In this document: piece by piece, positions 48,201-60,572 of the stretch
How positions within the stretch are numbered: the first letter of the stretch is position 1
Layout: every line of letters begins with the position of its first letter
Assembly (NCBI GenBank): GCA_905178155.1
Contig: CAJINV010000003.1
Coordinates: 754,517-818,516, forward strand
Length of the DNA: 64,000 nt
DNA from: Amoebophrya sp. A120
Taxonomy: Eukaryota; Protista; Dinoflagellata
Reading direction: 5' to 3'
Made by a program: the position numbers and the translations under genes
Notes under the pieces: generated by a model
What the model was told of the DNA's origin: nothing
Database searches by the model: none
The model's input: only the letters and a program-made list of their open reading frames with translations

Positions 48201-51200
48201 TGTACGACACGACCTTTATTTCGCTCGGCTACCTCAATGTTCTCACCCTGCTTCCGTACACGACGTTCGTCACACTACAAGCCGGCGCGAATGTGACAGC
48301 GGCAGTAGCGGTGGAGAACAGAACAACTCGTAGCACGACAAGCAACGCAGTAAACAATGGCACAGTTGATTCCGCACTTGGTCCAGCGGCCCAGTACGCG
48401 CTAGACACGATGAAGGCGCCGCCGTACTGCTTGGACCAGAGCTGGACGGACCCAGTTTTTGCCCCGCTCGGTACGCTGACAAATCGCTCGGCGGAGTTTT
48501 ACGACATTTACAACGACTGGGCCAAACTTCCTCCTGCTGCGGAGGCGAATAAGTCGATTGGGTACCTTTATGCCGACATCGGCTGGAGTAATCTGTTTCA
48601 TTGGAGAACCAACGGCGCAGGAGCGACCTCAAATTCCGGTGCCGGTGGTTCAAGAACGACGGTGCGAAACCTGTCTCCACGGTCCTTAGCGGGAGGTGCG
48701 ATGACATCAGTATCCACCACTGGCACAATGCCCGCAGAAGAGATTGAGCTGATGCCGATCCAACTTCTAAACAGTTGGAGAGAAGTCCGAGGCAGATTTC
48801 ATGGTGATGATAGCGGAGCAGAACAAAATCATAAACAAGTCCCCTCTTGCCGAGCACGCCTTCATCTACGGACCCATCACCACCTATTGGGAAGTTTTTC
48901 TGGAGCTAAAGGGCGAGCTGATCAAGTTGGTCCTGATTTCCGCGTTGCTGATTTTCGTTGCAACATTTCTCATTTTCAAGCTGAGCTTGCCGGCAGGCAG
49001 TGGTGGCTCTGCGCTCGGAGTGAGCTTGATTACTGCTGCGAGCTGCTTGATGGTTGTGCTGCAGGTTTTCGGGATCTCTTCACTGTTTCTCTCATTCAAC
49101 ATCTTTGTAGCGACCTCCGTCCTGGTTGCGCTCGGAATGTCGGTGGAATTCACGTGCCACTTGGCAGCGGCCTACGCTACGTCACAGAAACGGGACTGCA
49201 AAACACCAACCGAGGCTGTTGAAACCCACGAGCAGGCTAGCCGTGCGGGGCGATGCAGCACCATTGTCGAAGCCATGGCTTCTTCCATGCAGGACACTTT
49301 TCCAGCGATCCTGGAGGGAACCATTTCGACCATGCTCTCGCTGCTTCCGCTCGCTTTTCACCCGATCGCCTTCGTCGTCAAGTACATCTTCGCGACTCTG
49401 ATGATCACAATTTTTGTTGGCAGTTTGAACGGATTCGTGCTCGTGCCGGCGATGCTTTCGGTGCTAGCGCGTGTCCAGGCGTTCCTGCAGAATGTTTTGT
49501 TCGCGCGTCGCAAAAATACGCAGGACATGCAAGGCGGGGCCGATACCTCGAGAATTCACCCTGAAAGCAACGTCGATGACGAGTCAAAGGCTGTAGAGGA
49601 TGTGCAGGTAGTGTGTCAACACGAAGGCACCGCTACGAGGACAGCGCCGCCTGATGTGCCAATGCTCCTGCGCGAGTACGATTCGTCCTCATCGCCTCAA
49701 GCTAAGAAACGAAAAGACGACAACGGATTTTTTAATGGCGCCGCCTCAAAAGGCAAAAGCTACCTGCCTTCGGTGTGCGAGGAAGACGAAGTAGGCGCTT
49801 CAAGCGACGAAAGGGAAAGGAAAACACCAGGTCCGCAGGAATCCGTCGTAAGTCCGCAACAAAAGTCGGAAAACGAAAAAGAGGACGAAGTAGAAAATGA
49901 GGCTGTGTCATCGACAGCGACGAGGGATCACGAAAGCGCGTCGACATCAAACGTCAATCCGGACCTTTTCGAGTGGCTTGACCGCGAGAAGATCCTGGCG
50001 ACCGCACCTGATCGAAGAGCACAACAAACGCAACTGGTTACCGCAATGCAGGAACTTGCCGGCGTACGATCAGTCGCGGACCTGGAGCAACTTGACGCGG
50101 TTGCGATGCAGCAAAATCTCATAGGGCAAGTGCAGACGCGCCATCAACTACCTCCGGAGGACTTCATGAAATTGGTTTTGGCGCTCGGCGAACTGCGAGG
50201 GCGCGCAGCTAAAAAGAACCCGGCGGATATTGGTGCCATGCAGAACACATCACAGGATCGCGCAGATGAAGTCGCAGCGCCCAACATCGCAGCAGGTCAG
50301 GTGGAGAACAAGAAGATCCGTGGAAAACTTCGGGCTACCAGCGTCGTGGTCTTCGAAGAAGGGCCTATGTCGCTGTGTTGGCGTTTGACGTTCGAGATCT
50401 GCGGATCCGGAGTTGCCTTCGCCGCGGAACTTTTCCTCGTTTTGTTCCTCATCTGGTTTTCTTTCTTGTGGCTGACGCTGGGTGCGAATGCCGGTTTGGG
50501 AATACAGAATCGGTTGCACACCGGTACGGTTTCCGGCGACATGGCCAACGGCTTCTCTCCACTTCTCTTTGGAGTTGGGGTCGGGGGTCAGCTCTACTCG
50601 ATTTGTGCGGCGCTGCTGATGCTCACCATTGGTCAGCGGGCTACGTTCGCAAGAGCAACGACACTCCGCAACCTTCGCTGGGTGGTGCCGACAACGATCC
50701 CTATTGCGGTCGGGATGTGGGTACGCATTGCAAAAGTAAAACTATCGTAGTACGTAGAACTTGCATGACAAATTTTTCCAAGAACGAAAATGGAGTTTGT
50801 AATGCTGATTTTGCTTAGGAGTGGGATTTGTAATGCATGATTGTGATTTTTACTACGAGTGCGATACTTTTGCATTGAATATTGGGTATGCTTCAATAGC
50901 GACGCTTACGCCTTGGAAACCTTGAGCGCGGCTAACATGACCGTCATAGTTCTGCACTTCGTCTTCTCCTCAAAAGAAATCACAAGCTGGCACGGCAAAC
51001 AAACGCTGTGCCAAGAAAATGCCTGCTCGCCCGCACGAAGGACGGGCTGTGAGAGCAGGAGACCGCCAGTAGTTTCAGGTGCTTCTAGTTCCGTAAATGA
51101 AGGAAACGGAGTGATGTACATCGTTTTATTCTGTATCCACGTTCTCGGATCTGTTGTGCGTGTGCCGGCTCGCATCGCTGCCGCGTCAGATGTATGCACT

Positions 51201-52759
51201 GCAAAAGGTGGATCGCACTAGAAGTATATATAAATCGCATGACAAATTATAATAAGGAATTTCCTCAACCTCACCATGAGAAACGGAATTTGTATATGTG
51301 GATTCAACTCAAGAAGGAAAAAATTTGAATCAATTTGTAACAAGTCTGGCCCAAGCGGAGCCCGGACGCTCTTGCGGATGGGATTACTTTTACTACGAGC
51401 GCGATACTTTTGCACAGGATAAGATGCTGAGAAGGCCGCCTACGCTCTTGCGTGGCCCATCATGGCGGAGGTTATCGGATCTTCGCTGCGCACCTCTCTG
51501 GCAACCAAGCTCCGGCAAGGGCGCGCGCTCCACCCGCAAGGGCTAGGGCGTGTGTCATCTTCACGAGCAGAAAATGGAAATGCAACGCCCGCAGAAGACG
51601 GTGATGATGATGATCATAGTACAACTACAGGTGCAGCTCGTCCCCTGGACGATGACATTCAAATAGCACCAATCATGGCGATCTTCAATTTGTGGCGCGG
51701 CTTGATAGGCAGGTTTTTGGTTGCAAGTTTCGACTCCACCGGCGTCGCGCTTACAACTTTGACGATGCAAGCTTTTGAAGAAATCGTCATGCGACAAACC
51801 TTCGACTGGCGGGATCGGATGTAAGAAGCCAGTTTTTATTCTTGGTTCGCAGACGCAGTACTACATCCACTTTGTGTGTGCGTACGTACTATCAGAAACT
51901 TCAGCACCGAGCAAAGACAAATTCAAATGGAAACTCAGAAGCGAATAGCGAGGACTGGTTCTGATGGAGTAAAAGTGTTTTAGTAACTCTAGGTACTTAA
52001 ATGTAGTGCGGACGAAAAAAAAGCTCTGTTTAACTTTCCAGGTATGCTAAGTACGTGAATCGACGGTCGCCGGAGCACATCGAGAGGGACTTTACTTCCA
52101 GGCTACATCGAAGCTTCCAGGCTCGGGTGCTGCTGTCGGAGATGCAAACCGAGTACATTGCAATTGTGCTGGCGCCTCTTTCCATACTGCTGTTTTCCGG
52201 TGAGTTTCGCTACGTGTATAACCTGGGATACCAGAAAGACAAAAGCGTGATGTTGGCCCACCTTCTGCCCCCGTTTTTGCTCGGGCTGCTGTACGAGATT
52301 TTGGTCGACGCGCTGTGCCTGACCGTGGAGCAAACTATGTACAAGGTCCCGGTAGAGGAAGAGTGGCAGCAGTGGATCCGTCTTCCCATCAACATCGAGC
52401 TACCGCAGTCTTGTAAGCGAAGACTGTGGCCGCATCGCTCGGACGCGCAAAGCAATTTGCACACGACCTCCACGACGGCCGCGGATCTGGGATCATCTGA
52501 GTTCGACGAGAGGCCAGCCGTGGTGCGTCCGAAAATAAGGCACCATCCGTGCGCTCTGTTGTTTGTTTACTTTTTCGTTATGTTCGTTGCGTTCGTTCAA
52601 TTTCTTCTTAGCTTTGACACCCTCTCCTTAATCTACCCAAAGTGTGGCGCGCGTTACTCCCCTTCAGATCGGACGCGCGAGCTTAACATCTGCGCCACAT
52701 ACCCAGAATGTGTCGAGATGAGACAGGATTATGACGTTCTCCAGGAACTGTGCGAGTAA
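45229..52759 (+). CDS. Patched-like sterol-sensing RND membrane protein with additional C-terminal multi-pass domain; introns 45762-45879 (GT-AG), two introners (50722, 51193), 51821-52041 (GT-AG); +1 frameshift at ~48770
   Basis: LQWSSSGGKL, CMLASPLTCFKE, SSD motif LPVLALGVGLDDMF, ARAGVGTTLSSLCNILAFGAGAFLPIPAMADFC, second-half GPITTYWE and ALGMSVEFTCHL, GSLNGFVLVPAMLS; introner removal joins ORFs 48801, 50859, 51462 and 52055 in frame. Confidence 0.85.
50722..50881. mobile_element. Introner (family B, diverged; TAC start), TSD GTGGG/TTGGG
   Basis: TACGCATTGCAAAAGTA / CGAGTGCGATACTTTTGCATTGAATA; removal gives GMW-VCFNSDAY. Confidence 0.85.
51193..51421. mobile_element. Introner (family B), TSD AGATG
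   Basis: TATGCACTGCAAAAGG / GCGATACTTTTGCACAGGATA; removal gives AASD-AEKAAYALAWPIMAE. Confidence 0.9.
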
Positions 52760-53428
52760 CTTATCTATACTAATCGCAGACGGATCATCCTCAAACGAAC
52801 CACAACCAGGGCTACGGCTATACGCCGAAGATGAACATTAAGCCGTTACTTATTAAACTTGATTCTAGTACTTAAGTCTACGGGCGTTTTTTTTTGGGGG
52901 GGTTTTTCATCGGCACAAGCATGCACTGCCGACGTTGCGGCACTTACGTCGTCTATACTGTTTCTGTTTCATGAAGACAATATCCTGCACAGCCATGGCC
53001 ATAGTCATAGAATCACATTGGTTCAGAGTATCTAACTTTCATGGGTGACATATTTATTACTTTGAAAGAGAAAGTCAAAGTCTAACTGCTGCATTGCGGC
53101 GGGGTGCCATTTGCATTTTCCACCTGCAATCGACAGCTGGAGTTTCCGGTACCGATAAAGATGCACGGCATTGATTTGATTTCCAAGAATTCACAGACAG
53201 TGCTGCTCGTCCATCAGCGACTTTATCGATTGTTTCATCCAAAATAAAGCGAATTAAGTCTATCTACGACTTGTGGAATGAATGTATATCGATGTTTTCT
53301 TGTGTTCGATGTCCACCTTATTTTTTTTGGTCTTTAGTTTAACTTGTTGCCTGTCTTTTGCTTTTCGTTGAAGATGTATCAAGGGGTGACTATGACTAAA
53401 GCAGTTGCGACAACATTTTAGCCGTGCT

Positions 53429-56216
53429 ATGGCGTTGCTGGATGTGCAGGAGGCACAATCGCTAGCGTTCTCGAGGAGGTGGCCGCGGTTGCGTTGTCTG
53501 GCCGCACGGCTCATGGTCTGGACGACCAGAGCAACGCTTGTCGCGTTGCTCTTTGTTCGCGGGAGCGAGCTGCTTCAAGAAGTGCAGTCCAGCGAGGACA
53601 GCGCGTTCCGCCAAGGTGGTAATGTGCGAGGACATATTACACTAAGCGAAGATCAGAAGGACCTGGCTGCTGTACAGCAGCCCGGGGGCGAAAAGTCGAA
53701 GCTACTTTCCGACCGGGCTCCTGCGCTCAAAAGTGTTGGCGAGGAGGTGCCAGCATTTTTCCAGTACGACACAAGTCGACCACGACCGCTGGGCAACGAC
53801 GCAGAACTTGATACAGCGGAAGCGTTTCTGCAGAACAATGGCTGGGCACAGGATCATGCCGGGGCTGAAGAGGCCCCGACGACAGCTGCTACGCGCGTGC
53901 CGAAGACAGTACACAACGGGCCAGCGCCGGTTGCTATTGCTTCGAAGGATGAAGAAACAACTACAACAGGAGGACAACTTCAACTTGCTGGTGCGCGGGT
54001 GACAGCGTTAACGGGAAAGAGTGCTGCCCTTGCAGGAGAAAAAAATCGGGTGGAGGGGGACCACGAGCAGCAGTGGCTTCAGATTGGAGCACATGCCACA
54101 TCCGAAAACACGGGAACAAGCAGGACATCGGGGGCCAGCGCCATGAACGCGCAGAAAGATGAGGCACAACCTCCTCACCAGCCGTCACCGCTGGAGCAGC
54201 AAATTTTGCAGATGCAGGAGAAGATGTCAATGCTCGAGGTGGAGACGCAGCAAAAGATGGCAACTCGCGACGCGGAGACGCAGCAAAAGATGGCAACTCG
54301 CGACGCGGAGACGCAGCAGAAGATTTCAGCGCTCGAGGCGGAGACGCAGCAGAAGATTTCCATGCTCGAAGCAAACGCCACTGCCTGCACCAACAACGTG
54401 ACCGACCTCGTGAGCGCGAGCGCAGACATGCGCCACGCCGGGGGGGTCGTGGAGGAGGTTGGTGGACTGTTTTTGGCGCACATGTTCGCTATGTCGAAGG
54501 GGGATTACGTTGCCGCTGTGGTGTACCTCCTTTCCGGATTTGCGGCCGCGCTTATTGTCGTCGCGTTGCCGATTCGCTTGGTCTTTTTTCCCAGGGAATA
54601 CCACCCAGAGGAAGAGTCAGAGGGCGGCGAAGATGTCACTCCGGGACCTCCACAGCAGGGAGTGAGCGCCGTGGCAGGTGGTGATCAAGCAGACCTTCTT
54701 TCGGCCGACCACACAAATCCACCATCGCCGAAGCCGGAAAAATACTGGCTACTTCCCTGGGATTTCGCCAAGCAAGGAACTTTGTCAAGTGTGTGCCAGC
54801 GACCGGATAGCACGGAGGGCAAGATCTTTACTACGGGTTTGGTCATAGCCGAAGTTTGCACACTGCTCTCGCGCTACACACTGATCGTGTACGACCGCAA
54901 CTGTATGGGGTGGGCGAGCGTTGTGAGCCAAAGACTGGACTCCATAGGCACCGAGCGATCCATCGATCTGGCGTTTCGTGTGATTTGGTTGATCGTTCCG
55001 CCTGTCCTCATGATCATCACGGCCGCGGTGCCGAGCAACAGTTTCGGGGCGAACGTTCGAAACGCAGCTCGGACGACGACGACGGCAGGACATGCAGCAG
55101 GTTCGGGAAGTAGCACCACCCGAAATCGAAATCGAAATCGTGTGTCGGTGATCCACGAGGACGATACTCGGAAATGGTTACTGCGAGGAAAAATCCCCCC
55201 TCCCCATATCGAAAAGGCCTGTTTTTCAAAATTTGCGATGCTGATTTGTGGTGACAAATCAAGTCTGTCTTGCAAGAGAGCAAAGCCAAGGCTTCCGCTG
55301 CATTTCGCAGGCGATTTGCAATGCTTCTACGCAGCTACTAGGGCAGACATGCTAAGTACCTACCCCAAGCCACCCCTTTTGCGGGCTTTGTATCTGTCTG
55401 CAGTCCCCCACCGCAAGACAAATCCTACACAAATCCGGCAAAAAAAAATCCTGCATCACAGATTTCCATTTCGATATGGGGAGGGGGAATTCTTCCTTTT
55501 GATAATGGTCGCAGGGATTTCATAGGACCGTTGGGGCCGCAGTCGCACTGCGGTTAATCTTCGAGACGCGACAGTTGTTCCAAGAGCCTGTCGACCTCTC
55601 CGTTGCACTGTTTGGGCTGTCGGATCCGCTGGATGGGCACGACCTACCTGGGTATGTGAATGCAGGCGAGCAGCGAGTGGTGCCCCGATGTTATAGCGAG
55701 AGCAAGACTTCTTACTGGACGCAGGCCTATCGCGGCTATTATTTGGGTCGATTGGTGTGGCTCTTTCTCGGGTGGCTCTTTTCGCTAGTATTTGTTGCCC
55801 TACAAGCTGCCGTGATTTGGCAGCACCGACATGCCGAGGACCGTCCAGCCAAGGACCGCTCATCGCAGTCTGCGGCCTATCTCGGAGACGATCGTTTGGC
55901 TCCGCAGTCGGCGAGCCTGATTCTTCCGCGGCTCTCGTTTACGGCCGAAATTCTTGCCATGCTCACGGTGCAAGCGCTACCCTTCTGGCCCGTCCTTCTG
56001 AAGGTAGTGCGGCATGTGCAAGGTGCAAATTGGGTCCCGCCACTGACATCCTTGGAAGGTTTGCTTGCAGCGTCGTTTGAGCACCTTTGGGGTCACCATC
56101 CACAGTGCGGGCATTACTTTGATACGGACAAGTGGTGCAGAAACCAGCCGGACTACTGGATGTGGTTTACACATCCGGACAGCGGCATGGTGCATCGATA
56201 TCATTCATCGAATTGA
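53429..56216 (+). CDS. Hypothetical multi-pass membrane protein with signal-like N-terminus and 11-aa coiled-coil repeats; 2 exons
   Basis: 706-aa ORF joins the 55575 ORF in frame after removing 55179-55509 (…TRKW-SQGFHRTVG…); several hydrophobic helices. Confidence 0.75.
54208..54370 (+). repeat. Coding 33-bp tandem repeat (ETQQKMATRDA x~4-5)
   Basis: GGAGACGCAGCA(A/G)AAGAT repeats at 54241, 54274, 54307, 54340. Confidence 0.9.
55179..55504. mobile_element. Introner (family C; TAC start), TSD ATGGT
   Basis: GGAAAAATCCCCCCTCCCCATATCGAAA / TTTCGATATGGGGAGGGGGAATTCTTCC…GATA. Confidence 0.9.
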
Positions 56217-56690
56217 GAGACGCCATACGAAATAGCTTGGTCTTGGGCGATGCCACACTGAGAGACGCCAGACTTGATGAAGAAATGAAAAGAATCAATA
56301 CTGGTGCTCATGGGTAAACGGCAAAGCGCTGCGTTGTGCCTTACCCTTACCGACTGGTCCTCGTACGAGGGGGATCAGGCGTGAACAAGGAACATTCTTG
56401 GTCATTGGCCATGGCCGCCACTGACGCTGTCGACTGTTCGACATTCTTTCACAACTTGAGTAAAGATTCTTCCGCTTATAGTTATTTTTTCTTTGTCGAC
56501 GAGGACGACGTATCCTCTTCAGCAATAGCTGAGTACGAAATGAAAATCAGTCCAAGTATGTTTGCGTGCTTTTTTTCCGGAAAAGCAGACGCTTTGGATA
56601 ATTCCTTTCGTTTTTTTGAAATCCTGATCCCAACGTCGTAAGAAGTTAAGTAATCCGCCACGCAGGAGGTTAAAGACTGACATCGACGAA

Positions 56691-59600
56691 ATGTCGTGGC
56701 TACTCGGTTCTTCATCGTCGAGCCTGCAGGACCAAGCGGTTTCTGTGCAGGGACTGGATGCCGCCGCGCACGAGACTGAGGCAGACCGACACCTGGTGAA
56801 GCAGTGGATTCGGTTTCTGGAATGTGAGGATGGGAGATTAGAATACCGTGTGGAGTATCAAATGCAAAAATGTCAGCTGTGTCTGGAAGGTTGGAGCTTG
56901 TGATGCTAACTCTGCACTCTAAAAAATAAAATCTGTATTGCATGATCAGCAAGAGGAATCTGGTTTGTGCTACGCGGGGAGGGCATTTGTCATGCGGAGT
57001 AGGCATCGCGAAGCCCTCTAAAAATCTGCGATGCTAGGTTATGCATTACAGATATATCCTGGGTCATGCAAAACATGCATGGCAATCCCGGCAACATGCC
57101 AGACCCAGACACTTTTGCATTTGATATGGAGGATCCGAATCTCGCCGCCGTGGTGCCGTTCTTGTCCTTCCGGGGGGTGTTTCTCTTCAGTCAAGCTTTG
57201 GAGATTTGCTTCCTCAACCCAACAGTCTCAGATGGTATGAGTCTTCACAGAGTTAATCTCGATTGTTTTTCTTTTTGTTTCAGTATAAAGATAAACTAAA
57301 AATCTTTCGTGCAGCGAGCAATTCTAAATCATGTGCATCATGATTTTAAATTGTTGTCATTCTCAATCTCATTTACAAAAACTATTTCTTTTCAAATCAT
57401 GAACAGATTCCATCAACCGGCTAGCCGCTCTGTGTTGTATTCGTGAGGACGATTTCTTGCAGCAGCAGCACGCAGGAGCCGTGCCCGGTGGAGAAGATCA
57501 TGAAAGCAAAAGGCCCACCGACTATTCCCGAATTCGTCTTCTGCTTCTGCAGAAATTGTTGCCCGCGCTGGAGCATCTAGCCACCGAAGACGCAAACTCC
57601 CTGCTTAGGCAGCAAATCTCTCCTGGCGCAACTGCAGGACCAGGAGGAGACGAGGGTAGAAGTACCCTCCTGCAAGGGGGAACTACAAACCCGACGGTAG
57701 TGTTGGAGCGCGTGAAGCAACTTGCGAAGACCCGGGATGAAATCACTACGGGTGACGAGCCGCGCTCCTCAGGGCCGCCAGAAGATGAAGCAAAGCAAAC
57801 TATAGCTCATGCTGGTGGTGATGGTAATAAAGCAGGAGCAGCAGCAGTAGGTGGAAATGATGAAGTAGATAACGGGCCGCCGTCGACGTCGTGCGGACCA
57901 CCCGATGAACAAGATCCGCATCAAATAAAGTCTGAGTGCAGCACGCCGCCAGATGATGCAGTGGACTTGTTTCTCTCAACGAGGGTAGCGTTGCAGCAAG
58001 TCCGAGATCTGGCGCTTCGGGCGCTGTTCAAACAGGACCCGATCGTGGATGCCTTGCGCTTTTACCGCAGAAGTCTGGAATACCAAGCGGCCGATGAGTC
58101 GCCGACCACACTGGAGCGGCATGGGGAGTTTCAAGAAGCCTACCAGTCGCGAAAGGACCTGTGTCGCTTTCTCGCAAAAGTGCGTACTTGCCTTCTGCAG
58201 GAGGCGGAGCAGTTGCAATGCTGCATCCAGCCTCTAGTGGGGGATAAAGATCATCATCATTCCGAAGTAGAGGGGATAAACAAGAACATGGCAAAGTCCA
58301 AACGCAAGAATAAATCAGCCCTGGCAGCTTTCACCGCTGTTGACGCCAGTATCTGCCGAAAGCAGAGTCGTTCGCTGATGACGAAACTGCAAAATTTGCA
58401 CACGGCGCTGCGGGAATCGGCGGAGGCGCAGGGCCGCTTGGGTGAGCAGGTGCAGGAGTTGCAGCAAGAAGAGGAGCACGAGTTCCGAACCTCCATGCGG
58501 GAGAAGCTGTTGGAAACGGAGGCGGAGGTGGAGGCGCTGGAAGCCCGGTTGCAAGGCCTGCAGCAGGATGTGGAGGCGGTGTCGGGACAGTTGGCGGAAA
58601 AGCGGCGTCGGCGGGAGCACCTCACGATCCAAGCACCGACGCGCAGGCGGGAAAGCTACGAGGCCACGGTGGCGTCACTCATGGCGGAGCAGGAACGCGA
58701 GGCCGACCTGGTGCGAAAGCTGGGGATCTGCGTCGCCCCGGAAACGGCAAAATTTCAGCTGTCCAAATTGACCGAGGTGGAAATCCGGGAGAGATTGCAA
58801 GCGGTTTCCGCAAGTTTCCTGCTGCACGAAACACCAAGTAAGGGGTCGTTTTCAGGTGAGCAATCGGAGGCTGCACCGCAGGGGGGCCAGGACGAGAATG
58901 TCGGGACTAGTGCAGAGGAAGGTGCGCCGCGTGATAAAAATGACGAAAGCAAGCAAGACCAAGACACGTCGCGGCAAAGCAGGATATTAGAACCATCTTG
59001 GTCCTTTCCCAGGCTGCGCGCTGGGCTACGTGAACACTTGTATCTGCTGATGCCAAGCGTTCCGCCGGCGACTTGTCCAGCACAGCAGCGTGGTGCTGTT
59101 GCCCCATCTGCTCCCAGTTCCAACTCTGAGCAAAAAGAAGATCATGGCGCGGCCCTCGTGTCCGCTGTGCCTACCAGTACATCATCAACTGTTTGTTCCC
59201 CACTGCTATTCGAGCAGCACCAGCAAGAGCCGGGATCGTCCGAGGAGGCTGAGAGTGACCGGGAACCTTTCGCGATCATTCTCCGAACGCACACTTCGCA
59301 GCGCGAAGCCCGCCGTAGTTGTACCACCTCCGCCCAGCATCATCTACATTTTGAGCCCAGCAGTATTTCTTCGCAAGGCAACAAGGCAATCAAAAGCTCC
59401 CGCGCAGCACCTCTCTCCTCTCCCCGCACCGGCGTCCTGGATGCTTTTTTGACCGCTCCAAGTTTGCAGAGCGAGGTCGAGCGTCGGGCAACAACCCAAC
59501 TTTTGACAACGCTGCAGTTCGGAATGGACCGCCTGGAAGCTGCCGCCCGATGGTTCGAGCGGTGCTCTTCCCAGGAGGAGGATCAGAACCTGCAAGAAAA

Positions 59601-59901
59601 AGCGAGCGGCATTTTTCAAGACGCCTGGGAAGCCAGTGAAAAGTGTTTCTTGGAGTTGTCGCCGACTATAGCAACAACTCTTGATGAAAAAGATAAAGAT
59701 GGCTCTAGTACTAGTGAAAATAAACACGACCACGACGAGGAGGTCGCGTCGCTTCTTGAAAAATGGAAAAGCTGCAAGAGCCGACGCTCAGCCGTTTGGA
59801 AAAGGATGAAAGTGCACAAAAATAATGACAAGTCGCTCGGGTCCGACGCCTCAACATTTTCGCTTTCTCCACCAGCTGTGGTCGCGATCGTAAATTTGTG
59901 A
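56691..59901 (+). CDS. Hypothetical coiled-coil protein, 3 exons (introner 56856; GT-AG intron 57235-57406)
   Basis: ORFs 56691, 57066 and 57457 join in frame; long heptad-rich segment REKLLETEAEVEALEARLQGLQQDVE. Confidence 0.75.
56856..57126. mobile_element. Introner (family A), TSD TGGAG
   Basis: TATCAAATGCAAAAATGTC / CCAGACCCAGACACTTTTGCATTTGATA; removal gives YRVE-DPNLAAVV. Confidence 0.92.
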
Positions 59902-60572
59902 ACTCTACGTCTTGATGGCTGTGGAGCTGGAAGTAGACCTGCTGTTCTTCGCATGATGAGCACAGCTTCAATGACTACTTTTCAATCATAAACAAATGCG
60001 AGAAGAAGCTGAAGATCAACGATGGGGCACTGCTGGAAAGTTGTTTCCTTTATTTGCAAAATCAAGCATGTCACTTCCCTTTTTGTTTTCGAAAGAAAAG
60101 GTTGAAAAGGAAAATCCGTGTGCATGAACTAGACGCACACGCAGCACGAGAGATCTGCACGCCGATCCAACTCTAGACAAGCACTGATCCTGATTTTGGT
60201 CCGAAAAACTTTTTTGAGCTTTGATTTCCTCGGGCAATCAATATTCTATCAATCTGTGCCCGCCAACGTAATGTACTTACGAGCTTATGGATGACGGTGA
60301 AGATCTTCATTGATCTATTCCTTCGTATAATTTGCTTTTGCATGCAGCAAAAGCAAAACCATTTATTTCTACAAATTCTGTTACATTGCGATTGCCTATA
60401 TGAACATGCAGAACACGAGCGGCCGTGAGTTTAGCAGGTAAACGTAGTGCAGCCACAGCTAGAGAAACAGTACGTGTCTCTATTCTCGTAATTATGGTGT
60501 CCTGATCTTCATCAGCACTGCAAGCTCAGTAGACATCTTCTAAAAGAAACTTCTAAAAACAACTCCCTGAGA

